From positions 1,116,001 through 1,180,000 of the forward strand of contig RSEE01000007.1 of NCBI GenBank assembly GCA_003971905.1: a stretch of 64,000 nt of DNA. The letters are read 5' to 3'. This stretch comes from Moniliella sp. 'wahieum' (taxonomy: Eukaryota). The position numbers and the translations under genes were made by a program. Positions within the stretch are counted from its first letter, which is position 1; every line of letters begins with the position of its first letter. The notes beneath the pieces are model-generated. The model saw nothing but the letters and a program-made list of their open reading frames with translations. It did no database searches and was not told the DNA's origin. This document shows, one piece after another, positions 24,601 through 35,826 of the stretch.

Positions 24601-26585
24601 ACTGATTATCGATCAAAACCCCATCTCTCAGTACTGAGCCTTCATGCTGGAAGAGTTGGAAGAGGTGAACGAAGAGTGGACCAAAAAGTTTCTGCAATAT
24701 CCGTACCAAAACGTCTGGGTCTGGCACGGTTTGAGGAGAGGGGGTTTGTCCCTTCTCTAGTGTTCATGTAGTTTTGGGTTTTGGATAGGAACCAGGACCA
24801 GGACCGTAAGGAACCGAGTACTGATTCTGAGTCTGAGATCATCTCAGCCTTACAATGAGGACCGATTGGGGAAAAGATGGACGCTGCTTTGTTGAGATGG
24901 ATGATCGATTATCGATTATCGATTATCCCGTAAGGAGATGCCCCGGTCAAATGGTTGTTCTGGAGTCAATATTCAATCATACATGGTGTGCAGTGGCGGC
25001 AGGTACCAGGTGGTGACATGGTGACATCTCAATAACCCAATGCCGTGACACAAAAGCGGCGTCAACAAGTCAATTGCACGGGACTCTCGATAACGTTTGT
25101 TAAGTACGTGTTCACGGTTGAACGTGGAATGCTGAGCGGCTCAGGCTGGGCCGTGGCAGTTGCTGTTCAAGCTTCAAGGTACAATATTGGTCCACCGGCT
25201 GTCCACCAAGAGTATACAATGTCGTAACCGCATCCGGCAACTATTGCCCACATGGAAGCCGCCGGTACATCGTCGTAACTATTAAAACGCCATAGTAAGT
25301 AGCCCCTGCCTGCAAATGCCTCCTTCAATTGTTGTCATGCATCTCTTGTCGATCAACCTGCTCTTTCTTCGTATGGAGAGCGGTGGGCGGCTGAGCCTCA
25401 GCATCAAGTTGCTGTAAGCGTCAAGCTTCGAGCTTCAAGAGGGTCCATGATCGAATCCGGCATCGAGTTCGCGGAGGAGTCTACGTGGAAGCAGAGGCTG
25501 GCGCTGAGCTTGAAGTGCTGAAGAAGCTTGAAGCCAACAATGGAAGCGGACAGTCGTCGATCAGCACCAATTCAGACTGGCATGCGCCGGTTGTCCGCAT
25601 TCCAGGCATTGCACCGCGCTACCCATTCCTTTATTTTTTGTTTCAAACAATGGCTTGCGACAACGCAGCGAGGAGCATAGTCCTCAGCAAGTACTTCACG
25701 CGCGGTGTCACGCATCATTTGAAATTTGAACGTTGAACGCCAGCCATTGACCATCTCTTTGCATCGCTCCACTACGTTACTTACTCCCCCAGCCACCACC
25801 GTTATCTGCGTTCAATGGAACCAGGCCAACGAAGCAGCATCGACACTGTCGATCCGATCGGTCATTCTGCTTGTTGAGGCAACCCCAGTCCTGCACCCTT
25901 GGCCCCATGGACCAACACCCAGACCAGGAAGGGTTTGTGGCATGAGTGTATGAGAGAAGCCGGTGCCACACACTCATGCCGCTCTTCCTCCGGCCTTTCT
26001 GGAACAGGAAGATCTTGTGGAAGGCGGGCAGGATCGCTGTGACATGTGGCAGGAAGAGTGCCCAAACAAGTAGGATCTGCAGCCTGTCCAATCGAATCGT
26101 CCAGGCCCACACTCTACCCTTGCCCATTCTGGCCACAAAAGCCCAGAGCAGAGACGCATTCCGATCAACATTATTCTTTCCTTACATGCTACATTGGATC
26201 CCAGATCTCAGATCTCACCAGAGGACTGCGCACACCAGACGCTCCTACTGTGTGTTCTACTTGTCGCTTTGCTACAACAGGCATGGTGCATGATGCTCTT
26301 CTCTGCCACTGCTCTCCCTAGGTAATCAAAAGCAAGATACCCAGCACAGCAGCAGTGTAGTATACCTATCTATGGTGGCATCTCATACTGCTGCTCCGCC
26401 TTAACCGTATCAAATAGTATCCAGGGTGCCCAGTGTATATAAACCAGGGCCTATGTGTGGTCCTATTGGCTCTCTCTTCATCATCTCTTCTCCCCCCACC
26501 ACCCCCACCACCCCCCTCCTTCACTTACCCCGGGTACCTCTCCTTCCCCCCCACTCTTTTCCCTCACGGTATACGCTCTTTGATC

Positions 26586-28171
26586 ATGAAGGTCTTTAGT
26601 TCCTTGCTCGCTTGGACGACGGCCCTGGCAGTCGTTTCCTATGTTGAAGCAGCCAAATACACTCTTCCCACCAAGCAAATGTGCCTCAACCGGTTTTCAC
26701 ACACTGACAAGGTACGTTGCAACGCTTTTCCCTTTTCCCTTTTCGAAGACGACACACACATGATCGAGCGGCTGAATTAACATTGAACTGTCTTTTTCCC
26801 ACCCAGACAACCGTGTGACGGTGCATGTGTCCTGCTTGCAGTACGGCATTGCCAAGGACAGCAGTGTGAACGACCGGGTGGTCCATGGCAATGGCAAGCG
26901 CGAGTCTCGGCCCAAAGCGCGCCACTTGCGCCCCAACCCGCACGAGGGCATCCTAGCCCAGCGAGATGGCACAACGCTCTTGTCGGGCTTGGTCAACGTG
27001 GCGGTAGGCGGCAACGTGACCAACAACTACAACCAATGCAATGGCGACAGCCCCATCCTCTCTGGTTTGATCAACATTGCCATCGACGGTCACATTACCA
27101 ACAACTACAAGAGAGGCAACTTGGATGATATCTTGGATGGCCTGGTCAATGTCGGTATCCTCGGAGGCGACGTGACCAACAATTTTAATTCCCCCCCAGA
27201 CTGTGGTGCTTCCTCAAGCACTTCTTCCTCTTCTTCTTCGTCGGCGTCGTCTTCAACTGCTTCCCCGTCCTCTTCCACGGCTAGTAGCAAATCTTCCTCG
27301 TCGCGCTCGTCTACTCCCACTGCCTCCAGTTCCTCCTCGGTCTCGTCTTCCTCGGCATCGTCCTCCTCGCTCTCGTCCTCCTCGCTCTCGTCCTCCTCGG
27401 CATCGTCCTCCTCCTCTCCTCCCTCCTCCTCCCCCTCATCTTCTTCGTCCGTGGAACCGCCGCCGCAATGCGGTCCCACCTCGGTGCATCACCATTCTTC
27501 CTCCTCTACCTCGTCGTCATCGTCTACTTCCACCCCCGCTCACCACCATCACTCGCATTCGCACTCCCCTCCACTCCAAGTCTCATTCCAAGTCTCATTC
27601 CAAGTCGCGCTCGCGTCACCATTCTTCCTCTGCGTCGTCCACCCACTCGCGCCACCACCACTCTTCCTCCTCCAAGTCCCACACGCATACCCCCAAGTCC
27701 TCGTCCCACAGTAGCACGAGCCACCACCATCACCCTTCGTCCTCAACCAAGTCGTCTACCAAGCCTTCGAGCAAGTCGTCGACCAAGTCGTCTACCAAGC
27801 CTTCAAGCAAGTCATCCAGCAGCCTTTTGTCGACCAAGTCGTCCAGCAGCCTTTCGTCGACTAAGTCGTCCAGCAGTACCTCGTCGACCAAGTCGTCCAG
27901 CAGTACCTCTTCAACCAAGTCGTCCAGCAGTATCTCGTCGACCAAGTCCCGCAGCAGCTCTTCGCCGACCAGCAGCCATTCCTCGACCCGATCCTCTTCG
28001 TCCAGCAGCCGTTCGTCGAGTCAATCGTCATCGTCATTGTCATCGTCGTCATCTTCTTCTTCTTCCTCCTCGTCCCGCCCTACCTCTTCTTCCTCAGGAG
28101 GGGGAAACAACCTGCTTGACGGTATCCTCAACGTGGGTGCATTGGGGGGGCAAGTCAACAACAACTTTTAG
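26586..28171 (+). CDS. Secreted repetitive protein: signal peptide, four hydrophobic Asn-rich repeats and a long Ser/His/Lys-rich spacer (repellent-like)
   Basis: MKVFSSLLAWTTALAVVSYVEAA signal-like N-terminus; intron 26712-26806 (GTACGT...CAG). Repeats are LLSGLVNVAVGGNVTNNY, ILSGLINIAIDGHITNNY, ILDGLVNVGILGGDVTNNF and LLDGILNVGALGGQVNNNF-stop, with KR sites. Confidence 0.85.
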
Positions 28172-30178
28172 AAAATAACCTACTGTCATCTTATTGATGT
28201 CTCTCCCCTCCATCTCTCGGGCGGTTCCGTTGCAGCAAGAAGTCGATCACCCGACTCGACTGTGTGCATTTCGGCCCTCCCACCCCCACCCCCTTTTTCA
28301 CATCTTGGGGGCCGAGCTGGTTCTCTGGTCCCTTCAATTTCTTCGTCTCTCGTTTTCCGGATCCCCTATCTCCTCGTGTGGACCTCCCTCTCACCTCCCT
28401 CTCTTCTTTACCGCCTTTTCCTTCCGTTGTCCCCTTGGTCCTCGTCTTGTGTCTACTATCATTTTCATGAGCTCTTTTCCCTCTCACGCTATTGTTCATA
28501 TTGTTAGGCCGAGCTCTTCAGTTGAAGTCTCAGTTGGTATATAGCTGCCTTCCCCCTGATTGCATCTCGACCACCTCTTCCCCTACTGCCTTGCTCGCCT
28601 GCCACTGGCACAGCGATATAAATTGTCTTTTCTGTATTTTTATGCCCCGTGTTTGATTTCCTAGAGACGATCATTGAGATCAATCATCAATGTATCAATG
28701 CATTGACCATGATGCAATGCGTGACCAATGGTTGATCGATTGATATATTGGTCGGGCGAGGATGGAGGCCGCTGCGCTTTGGGGATGGGATCTGCTGGGA
28801 GAAGGGGAGCAGGAAGTTTGCTGTGGGGAAGCAGGGACGGATGCCCTACGCCTGTGGCGGCAGACTGGCCGGCGGGGGCGGGTGGAGGCGGGTGGAGGCG
28901 ATTGCCAAGCCAGGCGGCTTGGCAAACAGGCGCCCGCCCACACACACGGCGCAGAGGGGCGCTGTGCTGCGAGGATCAGCATCACATGCACATGCATCAC
29001 CGGTCACCATGCATCATGCATTCCTTCGCACTGCGACCCAGTACGCACTACGCCAGTACTCAGCACCCGCACAGACTCAGCCTCGCGCTTTGCCAAGCGA
29101 ATGCGAGCAACTGCCTCCACACTTGGCTGCTGCTGCACCCAGCACGACACCCGTGTTCCGCTGGCCATACGATCGTCCCTGGGGCTGTCTGCCTTGCTGG
29201 GGCAGCAGCCGAGAGGTCGATCCGCCGCGCTGCACATTCTCTGTTGGTCCCTCGTGCACACCATGGCTACTCTGGTCCCAGTCCTATAGCAACGAGCCAC
29301 TAGCCACTAGTCACTGTGCTGGCCATTACCTCGGGCCTCCACGCTTCCGCACTGGCTGGGCGTGCGCAGGCGTGCGCTGGGCATGCCATGCTGGCATACT
29401 GGAATGGACGAGGCGAAGGGGAGGGAAGACATGCCAAGGCGGCGAGGCGAATGGGAGGGACGCCATGCCAAGGCAGCGCAGCGTGTTGGGCATTGCGAAA
29501 GCAACCACAGTGGCGCGATACTCGTGTTGAACGTGGAGACGAGCACATGCACACCGTCTGTCTGTACACCGCCAGCCACCCCCTCTGGCACCCCGACAGC
29601 CTAGCCCCCCACAAGCCTACCCAGCTCGGCCGAGCGTGGGGCGCTGCCAAGACGCACTGTGGTCGATGATGGATGAATCGACGAGGGAGCGATCATTGAT
29701 CGTTGATCAGCACGTACTCAGTATTCAGAACCCAGTACTCAGTACTCACAATCACCATATGACCCTATGATCTCCCTGCGCCCAAACATTAATCGCAGTG
29801 CCTCCAAGCTCCCGGAGAGGACTGTCTGACAGAGCCCCATAGTGCATAGTGGGCATGATGTGTTTTCCCGTAGCCAGCCTGTCTGCCTCAACGCCTCGCA
29901 CCATCCTTGTGCCCCGCACCACTGGCTCAGGCACCGCACCGCACCGCCGCAGCCCTTCTCAGCGCTCAGCCCCCATCCACCTCCGCCCCGCCCCGCCTTT
30001 TCGCTGACACCTTCGTCCTCATCCGTATCCATCCTTATCCCCATCCCCATCCTCACCCCCCCTCTGCCCTGCCCACCAACCCCTGCACACCCACCTCCTC
30101 CACTCTCCTTTCACCGCCCGCTGTCCCCCTGCTCCACGACAGCCTTGGCTTCGCATTTCTCCTCTCCGCCTTGGCACA

Positions 30179-31819
30179 ATGCGCTTCCGTCCCTTGCCCG
30201 CTGTATTCCTCGCCCTCTCCTTGCTTCTCGCCCTCTTTGCTTCTCCTGTACAGGCGGCGAGCCAGGAGGAGAGCCAGGCCGACCCTACCCCCCGCCGCGA
30301 CAGTCCCAAGGTCTTGTATCCAGGGCCATCAACAGCTCAGCCATCCCCGAACCCCGCTTCGATCCCTTTTACATCCGCCCCGGCAACCTGAGCCTGTACA
30401 AACCAGGCGATGTCATCCGCCATCGCGTCATTCAAGCCCAATACAAAATCAATGGTGCCGGGCGCGTCTCCCAGATTGCGTACCGCACCACCAACTCCCA
30501 AGGCCATCCCTCTACCTCTGTCACCACCATCATCGAGCCTTCTCGCGGCGCTCAGCCCCGGATGCTATCCTACCACATCTGGGAGGACTCGACCAACCGC
30601 AACTGTGCTCCTTCCTACACCATTCTGAAAGGAAGCGATGCGCCCAACATTATGGTTTTGGGTGCGTTTGTTTCCTCCTTTCTCTTTGCTCGATATATCT
30701 AAGCACGCCCGCATGGTTGCTTCCCCCCTCCCCACGGATTCTATCCCTGCTGACACCGACCTGTTTTGCGATTGTCATTGCAGGTGACGATGTGCCCATC
30801 TGGTGGTCGTTCCTGCTCAACAACGGGATCAGCGTTGTGGTACCGGATTATGAGGGCCCCAAGTCGGCGCTCTTTGCTGGGTTTACAGCCGGCTACGCCA
30901 TTCTGGATTCCGCTCGGGCAGTGAAGCAGTACATGGCCTGGCCGGCCGATGCTCGGATTGCCATGACGGGCTACTCGGAGGGCGCCCACGTTACCGCCTG
31001 GGCAGCGAATCTGGCTCCGTCGTACGCGCCTGAACTCAACATTGTTGGTGTTACGCATGGCGGCACCCCCATCGACATGGAACTGTCGTTGCGTCATTTC
31101 GACAATACTCCCTTTTCCGGCTTTACGCTGGGCGGCATGCATGGCATCATGGCTGCTTATCCTAAGTTCAACCGGACCATCACCCAATTTGCCGACAAGC
31201 GCGTTCTCGATGACTTGGCCACCATCTATGCCCCGCCCGTTTGCCATTCCATCCTACGCGGCGCCCAGTTTGCTGGCATTCCATACATGGAGATGCTCAA
31301 TTTACCTGGTGGCGATCCGTATGCGCATCCGGTCGTCCGGGTGTGCTGGCGCGAGAGACAATGTGGAGCAACAAATCTTCGGTTGGCGTTGGGTATCCTA
31401 CTTTTCCCCGTATGATCTACCACGGCCGCAACGACGATGTGATTAGCTTTGAAGCGGTCCAGGTGTACGTCGACCAACAATGTTCCCACCCTGGTGTCCA
31501 GATCCAGTTCAACGTGTACGAAGCCAATGCGCACACAGCTCCCCAACTCGTCCTCGGTGGCGACTTGAATGCAATGAAGTTTGTTTTGGAAGTGATGGAG
31601 TCCAATGGCAAGTTCCTCACCCCCGTCCCGTGTGGTCAACCTTCCCCTGGCCTACTCAACTTTGCCACCTGGGGCATCACCAACATCCTCGGCGGCGATA
31701 TTGTCAAGGGCATCCAAGCGCTCAAAGATCAAATCGGTTCCGCCGACATGCCCAATGTTGGATTTGGTAGCGTTCCCATGTTGCTCAAGATGCTGCAGAA
31801 GCTCATTCCCCCCTTTTAA
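30179..31819 (+). CDS. Secreted lipase, LIP family (PF03583) / CalA-like; 1 intron, frameshifted
   Basis: Signal peptide MRFRPLPAVFLALSLLLALFASPVQA; DPFY; QIAYRTTN; SYHIWEDS...CAPSY; VVVPDYEG; GYSEGAH...APELNIVG..HGGTP; YHGRNDDVI; EANAHT. Intron 30662-30783 (GTGCGT...CTGAC...CAG). Confidence 0.92.
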
Positions 31820-33632
31820 CTTGTCTTTTTCTTTCGTTCGATGGCGCACTTGTTGATTTGCTTTTACCCCCCCTCTCCCTTCTGGGAAAGTGCCTGGGGT
31901 CAGCACGGTATATGTGCTGGAGCTTGGGTTGTTGCTCGGCTACCTTCTCCGTCGTCCTGTTCCCGTGCCCGGCTGTTCGAACCGAGTGATCCTGGCTGGT
32001 ACCGCCCTTCATTGCCAAACCTGCCAACTCACTTTTCCTTTCCAGCTCGCCACGAACGGGACCCCCCCCCCCCCCCTGAGGCTGAGGCACCGTAGGTTAC
32101 CCCGTTCTCCCCCTTCTCTTCTTCGTTTCATTAATTTCCTCGTGTTCTCCTCGGCTTTTTCCTTTGCCTTTGTCTCTACCTTCCTGCTACCACCTCCTCA
32201 CCCTTTCCCTCTCTTCTCCACCTATCGTTCTATCGTTCTTTGCACCGCGGCTCATCGAGCTCCTCTCTCTTTTTTTGTTATCCTCCCCCCCTTTGCTTTG
32301 ACTCTTCACTCTTCCGCGTTTGGCCGGGTATTATTAGCATTCCATTTGGCTGCAATGTGCGTTGGGGAGGGAGAGAGAATGCGGAACCACAGTGGCCAAG
32401 GGTTGGTGTGGTCGCGCCATCCTCCTCGTTCCCCCTGTCTGTCTCTGAAAAAATGGGTTTGTGGTGGTCTTTGGTCGTGCCGGTGTGGGTTCTGCGAGTT
32501 TTTGGCGGTTAGACCAGGGTTGTTGGGTTGCACTCCTCGTATATCCACCTCAATGCCCCCTCTCCACCCTTCTTGCTCCCCTCTTGCCTCTCCCGCCGAG
32601 TTGTTTGTAAAATGACCAACAAAAGTCTCCTTTGGGGAGCCTTTCCTAGTTACTTCCAGCGGCAGGTGCTGTGCATAGTCTCATTCCGTCCCGTCGTCTT
32701 GGTCAAAGGGCAGGGGGTATATAGAACACATCTCACGTCGGCCCCTTGGTGACGTTGACGTACCACCTGTGGTATACCATGGTACCTCCACGTCCATGAC
32801 TTATGTTCAGTTCAGAGACAGTACGGCACAGTGCTATACGGCGCTATGCACGGCGCTTTTTCTTGTGGTAGTCTCTGGCCGTGGTCTAGACCTCTGCATG
32901 GTGGATCACTATATAGTGTACTTAAGCGACGATGGTGGGAGTGTGTCTGCAGAGTTATGACTCGTCGTCCTGTTGCTTTGCGCTATACCCCCCGCTATAC
33001 CCCCTCCCCATCTCTTGTTCATACCTCCCAGGCGCGATTAACGTTTGCCATTCCTCTCTGGCACCATGTCCACAGATACCGCCGACCAAGGCATTGAAGC
33101 TATCGACGGACTGCCTCCCCTATCCCATCAGCCCACTCTCCGATGCTGCCCAAAGGCGAGTCGGCCATCCCCCGTTTCATACTGGCTATAGAGACTTGCA
33201 ACTATAGTTTTCCTGCCAAGGCGAACCGAACCTTTCTTTCCTGTCGTGCTCTTCACTACAACACTGTGCCCGACTCTGGACGGGGCCAAAGGTGGGTCGT
33301 CAAGTTAGCCTAAGTAGACCAGGGAGACCGGGTAGACCATGTAGACCATGTAGACCATTTTAGGATTGTATGGGCCGAACAGAAACGGTACCCAAAAAGA
33401 GCAACCATTTCCGGCTCTGGGATGACACAGTATCACTTTACTGTCCCATCCCGTGCGAAGCGACAAAACAGATGGAGCAACGGGTAGGTCGTCCGGTCGC
33501 TGTTCCGTCTTTTGGTAAGGGTGGTGAGGGTGGTTAAGGGCGGCAGGGGTGAGGGGGAGGGAGAGAAAAAAAATAGAGACCAAAGATTCAGTCCTGTCCT
33601 TCTCTCAACAGAGCATCGTAGCCTTCTGGTCT

Positions 33633-34089
33633 TTAGTTCGACACCGAGGAGAGCAGGTCCGAGTCACCCGCGTCCGTAACCGCGAGCACACTAGATCAAA
33701 GCCCATGTCAGTCAGTATACGGCAAGTGGGTCAAACCCGGCAAGAGGGGGCAGAGAACCAGAGAGGAAGAGGAAGAAAGAAAAAATGAATAAAGAAAAAA
33801 AACGTACCCAACACGGAAGAGCTTCCCGGACGCCGTGCCCAGAGCCACATTAGAGCCCTGGTAGTGGTGCACCAAGGTCTTGGACAGCATGGCGTAGTAC
33901 TCCAGCTCCGACTTGCGCAGCGGCGGCGTGTGTGGCCGAGATAAGAACCAACTTGGCCTTGCCATTGCGCAGCGTCTTGAGCGTGCTCGAGTAGCCCAGT
34001 TGCACCTTGCCCGACTTCATGACAAGTTGCAACTTGCCATTGATGTTCTCCTGCGTCGAGGTCTTCTTCTTGTTGCTCACAGGCGCCAT
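33633..34089 (-). CDS. RPL30: 60S ribosomal protein eL30; CDS intron 33691-33807 and 5'UTR intron 34095-34380
   Basis: [89 protein letters not shown], with canonical splice sites. Confidence 0.96.
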
Positions 34090-34380
34090 TTGGACTGCAT
34101 CATAACAGTCTGTCAGTATGGAACGTTCCCAGTTGCAGCATCAACGCGGCCACCACCCTTCCCAGCTCAGCCTTTACGCTTAGGTCCAGCACCCCGCATG
34201 CAACCCTCAACCACGTTCGGGTCCGGCTAGGGTGCCGTAGCCGCACCGAAAGCAGGACGAAGCCATTTCGTCGATTAATACGGCTGGGCCGGGGCTGGCG
34301 GGCAGGATGGGGGGCAGGACGGGAGGGCAGCAGGCCAGGAAAGAGCGTCGACGACAACAACCTCAGGGGGCGATACTTAC

Positions 34381-34757
34381 GAGCTTGTCGGTCCGGTCGG
34401 GGGCGTTGAGGAGACACGAAGCAGAGGTTTGGACCGCCCCGCTCGATGGCAGCGCGCGAAGGTTAGGGTTCCCGCCCTGGCCCCCGGCCCCGCCGTCAAA
34501 GACTGGCGCCATGCCGAAATCAATCAGCGACCGCAGCAATCACATAAACACTGGTCTGATGCCGGAATTATAAAAATTGCGCCTCCGAGCCACACTGCTG
34601 GGGTGCCCGTGACCTGTGCGGGTTGGGGGGCGGGGCTGGGGCGGAACGGAGGGGGGGCAGTCAGCCAGCGGAGAGCAAAGAGAAGACACTGGCCGAAGTG
34701 GCTGCTGCTGCTACACCACCTCGCCTTCCCCCTTCCTCCGCTAGGCTCGTTTATCAA
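34381..34757. promoter_or_regulatory. Putative bidirectional promoter plus first non-coding exons shared by RPL30 and RPL37
   Basis: Lies between the 5'UTR-intron donors of the two divergent genes. Contains TTAGGG (34463) and an AT-rich TTATAAAA (~34568). Confidence 0.6.
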
Positions 34758-34938
34758 GTACGTTTGACCGATCCATGCTGTGGTCCTGCGCACGCTCCTG
34801 GGCATTGATTTCATCTGCCATGCCCATCTGGAACCGGGGGCGTGCGCTTGGTCCCGCGTGCGGGAGTAGCGATGCATCCTGAGTCTGAGCCACTGACTCA
34901 CTGTTCTTCTTTTTGGTCCTCCCCTTCCCCGTTCAGAC

Positions 34939-35205
34939 ATGACTCGCGGCACCACCTCGTTCGGTCTGCGCCACATCAAGGCGCACACGCTGTGCCGTCG
35001 TTGCGGTAAGCGCTCCTTCCACAAGCAGCACAAGGAGTGCGCCTCGTGCGGCTACCCTTCGGCCAAGACCCGTTCGTACCAGTGGGGCCAGAAGGCCATC
35101 CGTCGCCGCACCACCGGCACGGGCCGCATGCGCTACCTCAAGACGGTCCCGCGCAAGGCCAAGAACGGCTTCCGTACCGGCGCGCCCAAGGCGGCTTCGG
35201 CTTAA
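34939..35205 (+). CDS. RPL37: 60S ribosomal protein eL37; 5'UTR intron 34758-34936
   Basis: [67 protein letters not shown], an intact zinc-finger eL37. Confidence 0.98.
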   Translation: MTRGTTSFGLRHIKAHTLCRRCGKRSFHKQHKECASCGYPSAKTRSYQWGQKAIRRRTTGTGRMRYLKTVPRKAKNGFRTGAPKAASA

Positions 35206-35826
35206 GCCGCTTTGCAGCCGAGTGCTCAGGAGGGAACCTGCGTTGCGTAGCACACATGTCTGCTGCTTTTCTCTTCCCCCCTATGCTTCGCCCCCCCACC
35301 AAAAAAGGCACAGCGGGAGATGCGCTGTGGACTGCATGCTTATGGTGTCTGCATGTGGGAACTGCTCGTGGGTTGGTGCAGTAGCTGTGTAGAGAGCGAG
35401 TTGCAGTGGAGGAGCGGGACAGAGACTGGGGATGCGTTGTTGCCGTCAGAATCTGATCTGGATGCGCTGCGCCAGGGGCAGAGGCTACAGAGGCTGCGGG
35501 TAGTGGAGCGATGGATTGAGCGCGGGATGGGAACCCAAAGGGCAGGCGCCCATTCAACTCTAGTAGTCCATAAATATTAAATTGATCTTCGACTAAGGGC
35601 TATGGAACAGAATCGAGTGGGCCTAGGCAGCTCGAATGGTTAACCGACGGCGGGCATGAGGCCAGCGCCGCAACTCGTCGAGGTGAACATTTCACAGGTG
35701 TTACATCAGCAGTGCGGATCCTTGCAATTTCAGATTGGGCTGCCACTTTTTTTTTGTTTTTTCTGTCGCTGCTCTTTGCCCTGGGCGAGAGACGCTGCTC
35801 CCCAACCGACCCGCCGCCGCCCCGCC

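Noticed and set aside
27105..28052. Acidic and LLDDLVD-repeat ORFs on the minus strand
   Set aside because: They are antisense shadows of the Ser-rich secreted protein on the plus strand.
34381..34400. GACCGGA in the RPL30 first exon, resembling the yeast L30 autoregulatory kink-turn strand
   Set aside because: I could not find the complementary GAGAUGGUC-like partner near the splice donor; a 7-nt match alone is insufficient.
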